A stretch of DNA of 64,000 nt from Bacteroidia bacterium (lineage in GTDB: Bacteria > Bacteroidota > Bacteroidia > Flavobacteriales_D > Cryomorphaceae), in NCBI GenBank assembly GCA_030427905.1, contig JAUICL010000004.1, positions 151,722 to 215,721 on the forward strand. The letters run 5' to 3'. The translations under genes were made by a program, and so were the position numbers. Each line of letters opens with the position of its first letter. The first letter of the stretch is position 1. The notes beneath the pieces are model-generated. The model was not told the origin of the DNA and searched no databases. It was given only the letters and a program-made list of their open reading frames with translations. This document shows, in pieces, positions 36,715-45,465 of the stretch.

Positions 36715-37676
36715 TGTCCTAAGTATTTTGAATGAATGAATATCTCTGGGTCATGGGGTAGGAAACAGGCTCTTGAAATGTCTTTTCCTGATTCATCTAC
36801 CTGCAACTGGTAAGTTGCGTTGAGGTAGTTGGCTATGCCCCTGAACCATGTTTGGTGATCGGCTTCCTGAATGTCGATAGCAATTACCCATTTTAACCCA
36901 TCACCTGAAGGTGAGGTAAAGAGTAGTTCAGTATCAAAGTGCTTATCATTCAGTAGTTTATCCTTGAGACCGTTTAGGTCTTCAAGGTGGTCAAAGTCAA
37001 TCACTATCAGTCCTGAATGTGCTTTCAGGTTCTTGTCGCTTCTCGAAGAGAATGCGCCTGAGAAGGTGACGTAATCAAAGCTGAAGGCTTTGTATTTACG
37101 TGCTTCTTTTACATCCGTAAGCGAACGCAGCTTTGCTGTGTGAGCTTTGAATGTTTCACCTTTAATCAGTTCATAGACTTCAAGTAAGCTCTTGGTTCCA
37201 TAAGGATTGACATTGGTAATTGGCTTTTTGAAGTAGCTGAATACAGGAATCTTGATTTCTTCCTTCTTGGCAACTGGCTCCTTCTCTTTGTCAAATTCCT
37301 TGTAGTCATAGAACGGGTGTTTGGTGTCAATTCGCAAGTGCATTTCTTCATTCAATACATCGAACAGGGCTTGCCCCTGGACTTTGAAATGAAGTGCTGC
37401 AAAATCAAAGGCATCACCGTTTTCAATGGCTCTTTCAGTATCAACATGAGTGGCCATTCCTTCTACAATCTTTATCCAAAGGGTAGCCTTGGAGTTGTTG
37501 AAAGGATTTTTCGCAGGTTTACAGTCCCTTCCCGCAAGGGAAAGGACGGTTTCACCCGGATAGTATTTGCGTAGCACATGGGCGTAGATATTTAGCCCGT
37601 AGTGCGTTCTCTCTAGGACTGACTCTCTACTTATTTCCATGGCTCTTGCTTTTAAAGGTTGAGTAATTGGATTCAA
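36711..37676 (-). CDS. primase-like protein (BT4734-type N-terminal domain family, recalled from memory)
   Basis: Acidic motif GLIVIDFDHLED and SPSGDGLKWV. It overlaps the downstream DUF3987-like gene. Confidence 0.5.
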   Translation of the reverse strand: MNPITQPLKARAMEISRESVLERTHYGLNIYAHVLRKYYPGETVLSLAGRDCKPAKNPFNNSKATLWIKIVEGMATHVDTERAIENGDAFDFAALHFKVQGQALFDVLNEEMHLRIDTKHPFYDYKEFDKEKEPVAKKEEIKIPVFSYFKKPITNVNPYGTKSLLEVYELIKGETFKAHTAKLRSLTDVKEARKYKAFSFDYVTFSGAFSSRSDKNLKAHSGLIVIDFDHLEDLNGLKDKLLNDKHFDTELLFTSPSGDGLKWVIAIDIQEADHQTWFRGIANYLNATYQLQVDESGKDISRACFLPHDPEIFIHSKYLGQ

Positions 37677-37923
37677 GTAGTTTCTCTAGGTCAGAAACCT
37701 TGTAGTAGAACTTGCCATTGATTCGGCTGTATGGCAGTGTTCCATTGTCTCGCAAAGTCTGTAGTGTGCGCTTGCTGATATGCAAGGCCATCATTACATC
37801 TTGTCCATCAATCCAAGCATCTTTGAAATGCTCTAATTGGCTCTTCTGAAACTGACCTAAGTAGGCTCTAATCCATTTGATTTCCTGAGAGAGCTTCAGG
37901 ATCATGTCTATCAACTCACTCAT
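37627..37923 (-). CDS. excisionase-family helix-turn-helix DNA-binding protein
   Basis: ISKRTLQTLRDNGTLPYSRINGKFYYKVSDLEKLL. Confidence 0.65.
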   Translation of the reverse strand: MSELIDMILKLSQEIKWIRAYLGQFQKSQLEHFKDAWIDGQDVMMALHISKRTLQTLRDNGTLPYSRINGKFYYKVSDLEKLLESNYSTFKSKSHGNK

Positions 37924-38219
37924 AGCTTCACTCTCCCTTTTTTGATTAGATAATCCGCTGCTCTTTGGTCTATCTCAGCATCCGTTTCATTTCGGTTGCG
38001 CAGCAACCATTCTTCTAACTCTACTCGGTTGAAGTATATCTTCTTACCATTCGGTTTATAGAATGGCACTTTGCCCGAGCTGGTGAGCTTGTACAGGTGC
38101 GAATGCGACACTTCAATGAATTGTGCTGCTTCGTTGAAGTTGAGTACATTCTTTAGTATTAGATTTTGGCCTAATACGTGTTTTTCTATGATTTCTAGTC
38201 TTTTTAAAATCTCTTCCAT
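37920..38219 (-). CDS. excisionase-family helix-turn-helix DNA-binding protein
   Basis: SHSHLYKLTSSGKVPFYKPNGKKIYFNRVELEEWL. I chose the start at the internal Met MEEILKRLE (38219); the ORF track extends to 38324. Confidence 0.65.
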   Translation of the reverse strand: MEEILKRLEIIEKHVLGQNLILKNVLNFNEAAQFIEVSHSHLYKLTSSGKVPFYKPNGKKIYFNRVELEEWLLRNRNETDAEIDQRAADYLIKKGRVKL

Positions 38220-38443
38220 TTTTATTGGATTTTGAAAATTTGAAAAAGACTTCAGCGCTAAAGTCACCAACGATTTCCGTTGACAAGACCAAAGGAAAAT
38301 AAAGGCAAATGGTAAGGTTCTCAATGGTAATTCGAGACACCAAAAACCATTGAATAACAGAATGTTATGAAATGAAGTGGTAATTTGAAATGGTAAAATC
38401 GAGCGACTTTACCATACTAAAAATCAGGGCAAAATGAAGCGGA

Positions 38444-39469
38444 TTAACGAAGGGTCGGAAGGCTGTCCAACCAATATTGGCTGTCAAGGTATTCCTTGTG
38501 CTTTTCTTCGTTCTGTTTGTATCTCCTGAATTGCTGGCTAAGGTTGGTGTTGTATCGGTAATCCAAGAAAACCCGAATGTCAGTAGGTTGGATTGGCTTC
38601 ATGGGCTGAAAGGTTCTTTCATTGAAATATCCTTTCTCAATAATCCTGTGATAGATCGCTGCTAGTTTCCCTTTAGAGCCGTGCGATTCAATGGCATTGT
38701 ATTCTGAATCAATAAAGCCACTTTGGAATAGCTTCTCTTCAAATAGGGCGAATTTGCTGCCGTCCTTAATTACTACTTTGTAGCTGAGAATAGAATCCTT
38801 CTCGGTTCTAAAGTCTCGTTTCAGTACTTGCAAGGCTTTATTGGTAGCCTTTACTTTTTGCTCAGCTATTGGCTTTTCAATCTCAAGGGTAGGAGCGTCT
38901 GTGATAACCGGCACAGGCGGTTGAACATGCTTATAAAATTTGATATAGAGTTTGTTTACGTCCATCTCAGCATCCTTCGCATAATCGGGGTAGTGTTCAA
39001 TTACTTCAAGATATAAGCGAATGAGTTCATGCTTTAAGTAGTGGAGGATATAAGAGTTATCATATTCATTGGTCAAATTGATTCTACCGCTTGCATCAGG
39101 TTCAAATTTTGGGTTGGTGAGATCCAAAGTTTCAAGTGTGTTGTGGAGGTCATTCATCAGACCTGGTAATGTTCGAGATAGTGGAAAATACACTTGGTAA
39201 AGTCTCGCTTTGTCTTTGGATTCAGAAACAATGCTGTGGAAGCTGTTCAACTCCTGAACTGCGTATTGATCTATCAGCTTCTTGTAGTAGGTGGTCTTTT
39301 CAGTCAGTGGATCTGGAAAAGTGAGTTCGTACAATGGTTGGGTATTGTAATTGGGAATGGTCACTGCAAGGGCTTGTTCCTTGTATTTGGCATCTGTAAA
39401 GTTTGCCTTCCAAGGCTCTTTACCATTGTGAATGAAGTCTCTGAAACTGCTGAAAAATGTATTGCTCAT
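38444..39469 (-). CDS. hypothetical protein of the integration module
   Basis: A 341-aa ORF whose stop region overlaps the integrase start (39466-39469). No recognisable motif. Confidence 0.5.
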   Translation of the reverse strand: MSNTFFSSFRDFIHNGKEPWKANFTDAKYKEQALAVTIPNYNTQPLYELTFPDPLTEKTTYYKKLIDQYAVQELNSFHSIVSESKDKARLYQVYFPLSRTLPGLMNDLHNTLETLDLTNPKFEPDASGRINLTNEYDNSYILHYLKHELIRLYLEVIEHYPDYAKDAEMDVNKLYIKFYKHVQPPVPVITDAPTLEIEKPIAEQKVKATNKALQVLKRDFRTEKDSILSYKVVIKDGSKFALFEEKLFQSGFIDSEYNAIESHGSKGKLAAIYHRIIEKGYFNERTFQPMKPIQPTDIRVFLDYRYNTNLSQQFRRYKQNEEKHKEYLDSQYWLDSLPTLR

Positions 39470-40560
39470 AGGTCTAACTTGATTTTGTTTGCAGCTTCTT
39501 TCTTCTTGTCGTCAATGATTTTGGCATAAATCTGAGTGGTTTTGAGTTCTCTATGTCCTAAGAGCTTTGAAACGGTGTAAATGTCTGTTCCTGCTGAAAG
39601 CTGTAAAGTAGCGTAGGTATGCCTTGCACAGTGAAATGAAATGGTCTTACTGATTCCTGCTCTCATCATCCATTGTTGCAGTTTCACATTGTGCCAAGAA
39701 GAGTATTTCAATCCTTTGAATACTCGTTCATCCTTATCTTGTCTTTCACCGAGCAAGCCAAAGGCTTGTTCTGAAATGGGTAAGGTTTCCGCTCCTTTGG
39801 TTTTCTTCTGCCTGAATCGAATATAATAGCCCATATCATTTGAGTGCTGTACTTCTGACCAAAGTAGCTTCTGAATATCGGACCATCTTAATCCTGTAAG
39901 AGCCGAGAATAAAAAGGCTGTCTTAATCGCAGGAATTTCACATTCCGCTTGTGCTGCAGCTTGTAGCTCTTCTAATGTTAGAAACTCTCGCTGAGGTTCT
40001 CCTTGCTTAAAGGCTTCAACTCCTTCACTAGGGTTGCTTGGTATGATACCGTCCTTTACCGCTTGTTTGAGTGCTGCTCTGAGCTTGTTGAAGTAGGAGT
40101 ACTTTGAGTTTTGGGAAAGCGGTTGACCGCTTGACTTCTTAGCATCATGGTCAAGGTATTCCTTGAAACCCATTACGAATTGTCTGTCTATTTCTTCAAA
40201 GGTCTTGTCATAAGGAATGTAGCCTTTCAAGTGTTTGAGCATACTATCCCAATTCCCGTAATTGCCTTTGCTATTGTGCCGCTTGTTGGTTAAGAGTTGA
40301 ATGTACTCTAGGAAACTGCCTTTCAGCTTTTCATTGTCTCGGAATCCATACACACCGTTTTGAATTTCAATCAGGCGTTTAGCTCGGATTGATTCTGCAA
40401 GCTGCATTGTCTTTTTATTGAGTTCCCTTTCAGCTTTGGTTTTCGGGTTTGGCTCAATGTATAGTTTCAGGTACTCAGCTTTGCGTTTTCCTTTATGGTA
40501 GTAGTCAAGGTATAGGCTGATCTTGCCGCCCTGGTGGCGTTCTCTCAATGTTACTTTCAT
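39466..40560 (-). CDS. int: site-specific tyrosine recombinase (integrase)
   Basis: SAM-like N-domain. The catalytic region has LTGLRWSDI, HCARHTYAT, LLGHRELKTTQIYAKI (R...HxxR...H...Y). Confidence 0.9.
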   Translation of the reverse strand: MKVTLRERHQGGKISLYLDYYHKGKRKAEYLKLYIEPNPKTKAERELNKKTMQLAESIRAKRLIEIQNGVYGFRDNEKLKGSFLEYIQLLTNKRHNSKGNYGNWDSMLKHLKGYIPYDKTFEEIDRQFVMGFKEYLDHDAKKSSGQPLSQNSKYSYFNKLRAALKQAVKDGIIPSNPSEGVEAFKQGEPQREFLTLEELQAAAQAECEIPAIKTAFLFSALTGLRWSDIQKLLWSEVQHSNDMGYYIRFRQKKTKGAETLPISEQAFGLLGERQDKDERVFKGLKYSSWHNVKLQQWMMRAGISKTISFHCARHTYATLQLSAGTDIYTVSKLLGHRELKTTQIYAKIIDDKKKEAANKIKLDL

Positions 40561-40910
40561 GCTGTAAACAGTTTTTCAATATCGGTTCTCTTAATAATGG
40601 TACGGGCTCCAACTTTGGCCGCAGGGATAGTTCCGCTCTTGATTTGGCGGTAAAGGGTCATTCTACTTGTGCCTAATAGCTGACAAGTTTCTTTAATGCT
40701 TAGAAACTCTTTGTCGCCAACTATCTCTTTGGAGTGATTGACCTTTTGCTGTGAAAGGGTGGGAACAGCTTCAACCTTCTGTTTGCGCTTGCGCTTCTTG
40801 TAAGCTCGCTTAGCACATCTGTCACTGCAATATTGAGTAACGGTGGTTTTGGCGATAAAATCGCTACCACATTCTTGACAGATTTTCGGAATACGAAGAT
40901 TGCTACTCAT
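40557..40910 (-). CDS. zinc-ribbon plus excisionase-type HTH DNA-binding protein
   Basis: CQECGSDF...CSDRC followed by LLGTSRMTLYRQIKSGTIPAAKVGARTIIKRTDIEKL. It overlaps the integrase start. Confidence 0.65.
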   Translation of the reverse strand: MSSNLRIPKICQECGSDFIAKTTVTQYCSDRCAKRAYKKRKRKQKVEAVPTLSQQKVNHSKEIVGDKEFLSIKETCQLLGTSRMTLYRQIKSGTIPAAKVGARTIIKRTDIEKLFTA

Positions 40911-40930
40911 GTTCTCTCTCTTTCGTGTTT

Positions 40931-40976
40931 CTGTATCAGGGTGTATCGCTATGTATCAGAATGTATCTGTATGTAA
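40931..40976. repeat. four TGTATC copies at exact 10-bp phasing plus a fifth degenerate copy (TGTAAC); candidate recombinase/excisionase arm sites or operator
   Basis: TGTATCaggg TGTATCgcta TGTATCagaa TGTATCtgta TGTAAC lies directly upstream of 40557..40910. An inverted GATACA lies in the mnmE 3' end (41159-41164). Confidence 0.5.
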
Positions 40977-41029
40977 CATAATCTCCCCCTTGATACTTCT
41001 AATCTGTTGCTAGAAACAAAAATGGTGTT

Positions 41030-41084
41030 CTCAGTAACAAATTAGTAACGAAAGATACGAAAAAATAGGCAATTCAGTAACAAA
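41030..41084. repeat. 12-bp perfect direct repeat TCAGTAACAAAT (41030-41041 and 41073-41084) in the junction region
   Basis: Seen directly in the sequence. There is an extra partial copy, TAGTAAC, at 41042-41048. Confidence 0.45.
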
Positions 41085-41149
41085 TAAGAGAAAGAAAAAC
41101 AGTCTAAAAGGCACTAAAAGAAGGGATTAACTAACCAAGTGAAAAGTAA

Positions 41150-42535
41150 TCACTTTCCGATACAGAACTTCGAAAAGATGTTACCTAACAAATCGTCGGT
41201 AGTGATCTCGCCAGTGATTTCACCCAGGTGGTGCAGGGCGCGGCGGATATCGATCGCTAGAAAGTCGCCGGTGATGCGGCTTTCAAGTCCGTGTAAAACG
41301 CCGTCTAGTGCTTTGTTGGTATTGGCTAGTGCTTCGTAGTGACGGATATTGGTTACCACCACATCCGAGCCTTCGTTTTGGAGGCTTCGCGCTTCCTCGG
41401 CCAGGGTCTTTTTTAAGTCGTCCAGACCTGTGCCATGGGCAGCAGAGATCAGGTAGGCGTTCTTAAAGTCGGCCGCAAGTGCCTTGGCTTGCGCTGGGTC
41501 CGTGATCTGATCCACTTTATTGATCAATAAGTAAACTTTGGCATCGCTTCCCACGCGGCTGCGGAGTTCATCGAGATTTTCCTTCACCCTGGCTTCGTCC
41601 ATAGTAGCGGCTTCCACAAGGTAAAGCACAATCTGTGCCTTCTGTGCCTTGTCCCAGGCGCGGTCTATCCCGATGGTTTCTATTTCATCAACCGTTTCGC
41701 GGATTCCCGCCGTGTCGATAAACCGAAAGCGCACACCTTCAATCACCGTCTCATCTTCGATGGTGTCGCGAGTGGTACCGGCAATGCTGCTCACAATGGC
41801 GCGTTCATCACCGAGCAGGGCGTTGAGAAGGGTGGACTTACCCATATTGGGAGCGCCGAGAATAGCTACAGGCACCCCGTTTTTGATAGCATTCCCTGTG
41901 GCAAAACTGGCCATCAATTCGCGGACAACGCCTTGAATTTCGACCACGAGGGTGCGTAGTTCGTTTCGATCGGCAAATTCTACATCTTCTTCCGAGAAGT
42001 CGAGCTCCAGCTCGATCAGCGAAGCAAAGTGAATCAGCTTCTCCCGGAGCTCGTTGATTTTTCTGGAGAACTGTCCCCGCATCTGGTTCATGGCCAGCTT
42101 GTGCGCAGCTTGTGATGAAGAAGCGATCAGGTCGGCAATGGCTTCGGCCTGACTCAAATCCACCTTTCCATTCATAAAGGCGCGCATGCTGTACTCGCCC
42201 GGCTCGGCCATCCGGCACCCATTTTCGATCAGGAGTTGGAGTATGCGCTGACGGATGTAAGGCGACCCGTGGCAGGTGAGCTCCACCGTGTCTTGACCCG
42301 TAAACGAACGCGGGCCCTTGAACACCGACAGCACCACTTCATCGATCCACACATCGCCGTCTTTGATGGCTCCGTAGTGCACGGTGTGCGTATCCACCTT
42401 GCTCAAGTCCTTTTTGAAATAGGGCTTTAGGACGGTGAGTGCTTCGGGGCCAGAAATCCGGATAATGGCGAGCGCACCAACACCTTCGGGCGTTGATAGG
42501 GCGCAGATCGTATCGTTTGGGTTGCCAAATTGCAT
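41150..42535 (-). CDS. mnmE: tRNA modification GTPase MnmE (TrmE)
   Basis: DTICALSTPEGVGALAIIRISG, G-domain GAPNMGKSTLLNAL and DTAGIR, and a C-terminal CIGK. I use the start at MQFGNP (42535). Confidence 0.9.
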   Translation of the reverse strand: MQFGNPNDTICALSTPEGVGALAIIRISGPEALTVLKPYFKKDLSKVDTHTVHYGAIKDGDVWIDEVVLSVFKGPRSFTGQDTVELTCHGSPYIRQRILQLLIENGCRMAEPGEYSMRAFMNGKVDLSQAEAIADLIASSSQAAHKLAMNQMRGQFSRKINELREKLIHFASLIELELDFSEEDVEFADRNELRTLVVEIQGVVRELMASFATGNAIKNGVPVAILGAPNMGKSTLLNALLGDERAIVSSIAGTTRDTIEDETVIEGVRFRFIDTAGIRETVDEIETIGIDRAWDKAQKAQIVLYLVEAATMDEARVKENLDELRSRVGSDAKVYLLINKVDQITDPAQAKALAADFKNAYLISAAHGTGLDDLKKTLAEEARSLQNEGSDVVVTNIRHYEALANTNKALDGVLHGLESRITGDFLAIDIRRALHHLGEITGEITTDDLLGNIFSKFCIGK

Positions 42536-42704
42536 GGCGCAAAGATAAGGCGATTCCAAAGAGAATTTGACATGGTTTGGACCAGCAGCCGTTATTGAAA
42601 AGGGCCATGTGAATTAATCCGCGAAAATGACCGAAAAGGGCTTGGCAGAACTATGGGAATCAACTAAGTTTGTGGCGCTGAAAAAACGAATTTAACAAGC
42701 CGAA

Positions 42705-43574
42705 ATGAGCGTTCTAGTAAATAAAGATTCTAAAATCATCGTTCAAGGTTTCACAGGTGGAGAAGGAACTTTCCACGCTGGCCAGATGATTGAGTACGGT
42801 ACCAATGTAGTTGGTGGAGTAACTCCGGGTAAAGGTGGACAAACCCACCTCGACCGTCCAGTTTTTAACACAGTAGCTGAAGCTGTTGAGAAAACGGGAG
42901 CCGATGTTTCCATCATATTTGTTCCACCAGCATTCGCAGCTGATGCCATTATGGAAGCAGCCGACGCGGGAATTAAAGTAATCGTAACGATTACCGAAGG
43001 AATTCCTGTAAATGACATGGTGAAGGTGAAGAGCTACATCGACCAGAGAGACTGCACGCTTATCGGGCCAAACTGTCCGGGTGTGATGACTGCCGGAGAA
43101 GCAAAAGTAGGTATCATGCCAGGCTTTATCTTCAACAAAGGAACTGTAGGAATCGTGTCTAAGTCGGGAACTTTGACTTACGAGGCGGTTGACCAAATCA
43201 CAAAGGCAGGATTGGGACAAACGACAGCTATCGGAATCGGTGGAGATCCTATCATCGGAACAACGACCAAAGAAGCCGTTCAGATGTTGATGAACGATCC
43301 AGAGACCGAAGGAATCATCATGATCGGTGAGATCGGTGGTAACTTGGAAGCAGAAGCTGCACGTTGGATCAAAGAAAACGGAACGAAGCCTGTAGTTGGA
43401 TTTATCGCTGGTGAAACTGCGCCTAAAGGACGTACAATGGGTCACGCTGGAGCCATCGTAGGTGGTGCTGAAGACACAGCCGAAGCGAAGAAGGCTATTA
43501 TGCGTGAATGTGGAATCCACGTTGTGGATAGCCCAGCACACATCGGAGCTAAAATGGCTGAGCTACTGGCTTAA
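42705..43574 (+). CDS. sucD: succinate--CoA ligase subunit alpha
   Basis: [33 protein letters not shown], and the GHAGAIV active-site His loop. Confidence 0.95.
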   Translation: MSVLVNKDSKIIVQGFTGGEGTFHAGQMIEYGTNVVGGVTPGKGGQTHLDRPVFNTVAEAVEKTGADVSIIFVPPAFAADAIMEAADAGIKVIVTITEGIPVNDMVKVKSYIDQRDCTLIGPNCPGVMTAGEAKVGIMPGFIFNKGTVGIVSKSGTLTYEAVDQITKAGLGQTTAIGIGGDPIIGTTTKEAVQMLMNDPETEGIIMIGEIGGNLEAEAARWIKENGTKPVVGFIAGETAPKGRTMGHAGAIVGGAEDTAEAKKAIMRECGIHVVDSPAHIGAKMAELLA

Positions 43575-43597
43575 TACTGACAAGAAACCTTCTGATG

Positions 43598-43650
43598 AAG
43601 TCACATCGAGTGGCCGAGAGAATGGAGGCTGTATCGAGATGGACGACAAG
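43598..43650 (+). repeat. solo A arm of the GIY-YIG-associated element family, wedged between the sucD stop and its terminator
   Basis: AAGTCACATCGAGTG-GCCGAGAGAATGGAGGC-TGTATCGAGATGGACGACAAG. Confidence 0.7.
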
Positions 43651-43706
43651 GTTTGTGCTGTTTCCATTTAAAGACAGCCCTAACAATATTAGATTTTTCA
43701 TAAGTA

Positions 43707-43737
43707 AACCCTGACGAATCTCGTCAGGGTTTTTTCT
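43707..43737 (+). terminator. rho-independent terminator of sucD
   Basis: CCCTGACGA-atc-TCGTCAGGG stem (43709-43729) followed by TTTTTT. Confidence 0.8.
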
Positions 43738-43779
43738 TGCTATAAAAGTTAAATGATGTTAGCCTATTTGGAGAGAACT

Positions 43780-43954
43780 AAGTCACATTAAGCGACAGTC
43801 CTGATCGCTAGCGTCGGGGATGGACGTCATCAATTTAGTGAACTATTAAATTCAACCACTCTAAGCCGTCGTTCTCGATACACTCCTAACCCTTCCTTTG
43901 GTCGGTTAGGACTACCATTGACGCTACGGTCAAGACATATGCTCGAACTGACTT
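43780..43954 (+). repeat. gene-less element copy (degenerate A arm plus B arm)
   Basis: AAGTCACATTAAGCG...GGATGGACGTCATC, then CCGTCGTTCTCGATACA...GCTCGAACTGACTT. Confidence 0.6.
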
Positions 43955-43967
43955 TAAGCAATAAATA

Positions 43968-44142
43968 AAGTCACATCGAGTGCCTGTGACCGACCAACGG
44001 GTAGGTCTGAGGCGTATCGAGATGGACGGCAAGACTTGTATACAACTTGACTCCGACATATTTTCCCGTCGTTCTCGATACATCCCGAAAGCTTTCGGGA
44101 TACCCTGACGTTCTCAGTCAGGGCAGGTGCTCGAACTGACTT
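43968..44142 (+). repeat. gene-less element copy (A arm, about 32-bp spacer, B arm with two hairpins)
   Basis: All four conserved boxes are present. The hairpins are TCCCGAAAGCTTTCGGGA and CCCTGACGTTCTCAGTCAGGG. Confidence 0.7.
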
Positions 44143-44158
44143 AAAACCGTAAAATTTA

Positions 44159-44223
44159 GTCACATCGAGTGCCTGTGACCGACCAACGGGTAGGTCGGAG
44201 GTGTATCGAGATGGATGGCAAAG
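44159..44223 (+). repeat. solo A arm, followed by a diverged duplicate of the sucD terminator segment
   Basis: Near-identical to the A arm at 43968-44033. The downstream 44224-44313 is homologous to 43651-43737. Confidence 0.65.
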
Positions 44224-44282
44224 TTTGTACTGTTTCCATTTACTTTCTTATCCCTAGAAATATTAGCCTTTTCAAAAGAAAA

Positions 44283-44316
44283 CCCCAACGAATCTCGTCA
44301 GGGTTTCTTTTTTGCT
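44283..44316. terminator. degenerate copy of the sucD terminator hairpin; may terminate the convergent gene 44330..45124
   Basis: CCCCAACGA-atc-TCGTCAGGG with two stem mismatches, and T-runs on both strands. Confidence 0.35.
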
Positions 44317-44329
44317 TAAACCTTCCGGT

Positions 44330-45124
44330 CTATTTGCTTACAATCAGTTTTTCCACGTATCGGTTTCCTTCACGATCTTCAGCCGAAACGATATAAGTTC
44401 CATTCGGCAGCTCAGAAACATCCATGCGGCGGTTCAGCTCATTGATTGAGCTTTCCATCACCAACACACCCAGGGTATTGTAAATGCGAACGCTCTCTAA
44501 TTGATGGTCGCCATCAATAGTGAAGTGATCAACTGTAGGGTTGGGGTAAATGCTCAGATCGCTGATGTTGGGATCGAAGGTAGAAGTCACCGCATCAAAC
44601 TCCATGGCATCGACAGAGATGATGGCGTCGCCAGCCACCAGGTCTCCAACTTGAGCTGTAACGACGATCTCAGCATCGGTTATGATCGGATCAATTCCAT
44701 CCATTTCGATGGTGATTTGGGTCCAATCTTCTATAGTCTCCGATGTAAACCATTCGTAGTAGGCTACGATGGCTTCCTGCTCATAGAAGTAGATGGTCAC
44801 CTGTACCGCACCGAATTCGCAGAGCGTTTTCACATAAAAACTCAGGTTACTCGGAATGTAGTCAATCTCAAAAAGGGCTGATGCCGAAGCGTACTCACCA
44901 ATTCCCGTTGTCGGTTGTGATGTGACGCGCATGGCGTAGTCGCCTTCGTAAGCATCGAAATCCCGATCAACTGGCTCCCAGAGCTGGGAGTTTTCTGTCA
45001 TCCAACCATCAGGGGTGTAGTTCCAAGTGTTTGATGTCCAGTTTTCAAACCCTGGGTTGGGGATTGATTGCCCCAGCAGGGTCAGGCTTATAATAGAGAA
45101 TAAAAAGGTAGAAATGGATTTCAT
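44330..45124 (-). CDS. secreted protein with a T9SS C-terminal sorting domain
   Basis: Signal peptide. C-terminal IYPNPTVDHFTIDG...VRIYNTLGVLV...LPNGTYIV...KLIVSK. Confidence 0.75.
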   Translation of the reverse strand: MKSISTFLFSIISLTLLGQSIPNPGFENWTSNTWNYTPDGWMTENSQLWEPVDRDFDAYEGDYAMRVTSQPTTGIGEYASASALFEIDYIPSNLSFYVKTLCEFGAVQVTIYFYEQEAIVAYYEWFTSETIEDWTQITIEMDGIDPIITDAEIVVTAQVGDLVAGDAIISVDAMEFDAVTSTFDPNISDLSIYPNPTVDHFTIDGDHQLESVRIYNTLGVLVMESSINELNRRMDVSELPNGTYIVSAEDREGNRYVEKLIVSK

Positions 45125-45302
45125 GTCTATATGTTTAGTTTGCTTGTGTTCATTTTCAATAGTGCAGGAATGATCAGAAAGGTTACAGTTAAATTACGAA
45201 TGTTTGAATTAGGAATTACGAGTGGGGAATGGGGAATTCGGAATTGGAGTGCTGAATCAAACTTTTCCAGAGCATTGTCAGTTAATTTAGAACGCCAAAA
45301 TC

Positions 45303-45450
45303 AAGTCACATCGAGTGATCGACTGAAAGGAGATTGTATCGAGATGGACGACACTATTTTTACAACATTTCAATACCGAAGAACATTCCCGTCGTTCTCG
45401 ATACATTCCTGACACTCTTTATAGTCGGTCAGAAATACTCGAACTGACTT
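45303..45450 (+). repeat. gene-less element copy (A arm, 35-bp spacer, short B arm)
   Basis: AAGTCACATCGAGTG...TGTATCGAGATGGACGACAC ... CCGTCGTTCTCGATACA...CTCGAACTGACTT. Confidence 0.7.
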
Positions 45451-45465
45451 AATGTCCTAAGATGC

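Larger units (their letters stand above)
1..41200. mobile_element. AT-rich integrative genomic island carrying heavy-metal resistance cargo, a pAgo and an integrase module. The right junction is at the 3' end of mnmE; the left end is not in the window.
   Basis: The tyrosine integrase and excisionase-like genes lie directly next to mnmE. Composition changes abruptly near 41200: by hand count about 39% GC in 41150-41200 against about 60% in 41201-41260. Almost every gene is on the minus strand. Confidence 0.6.

Noticed and set aside
40911-41149. A tRNA or tmRNA gene as the integration target at the island junction.
   Set aside because: By eye I found no cloverleaf-compatible sequence or T-loop motif (GGTTCGAATCC-like). 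The adjacent conserved gene is mnmE, and the composition break lies inside its 3' end.
45131-45300. A GGAAT(T)-rich stretch (AGGAATTACGAGTGGGGAATGGGGAATTCGGAATTGG) upstream of the T9SS gene, as a possible microsatellite or phase-variation tract.
   Set aside because: The units are irregular in length and spacing, so slipped-strand variation is unlikely. It is probably just promoter-region sequence.
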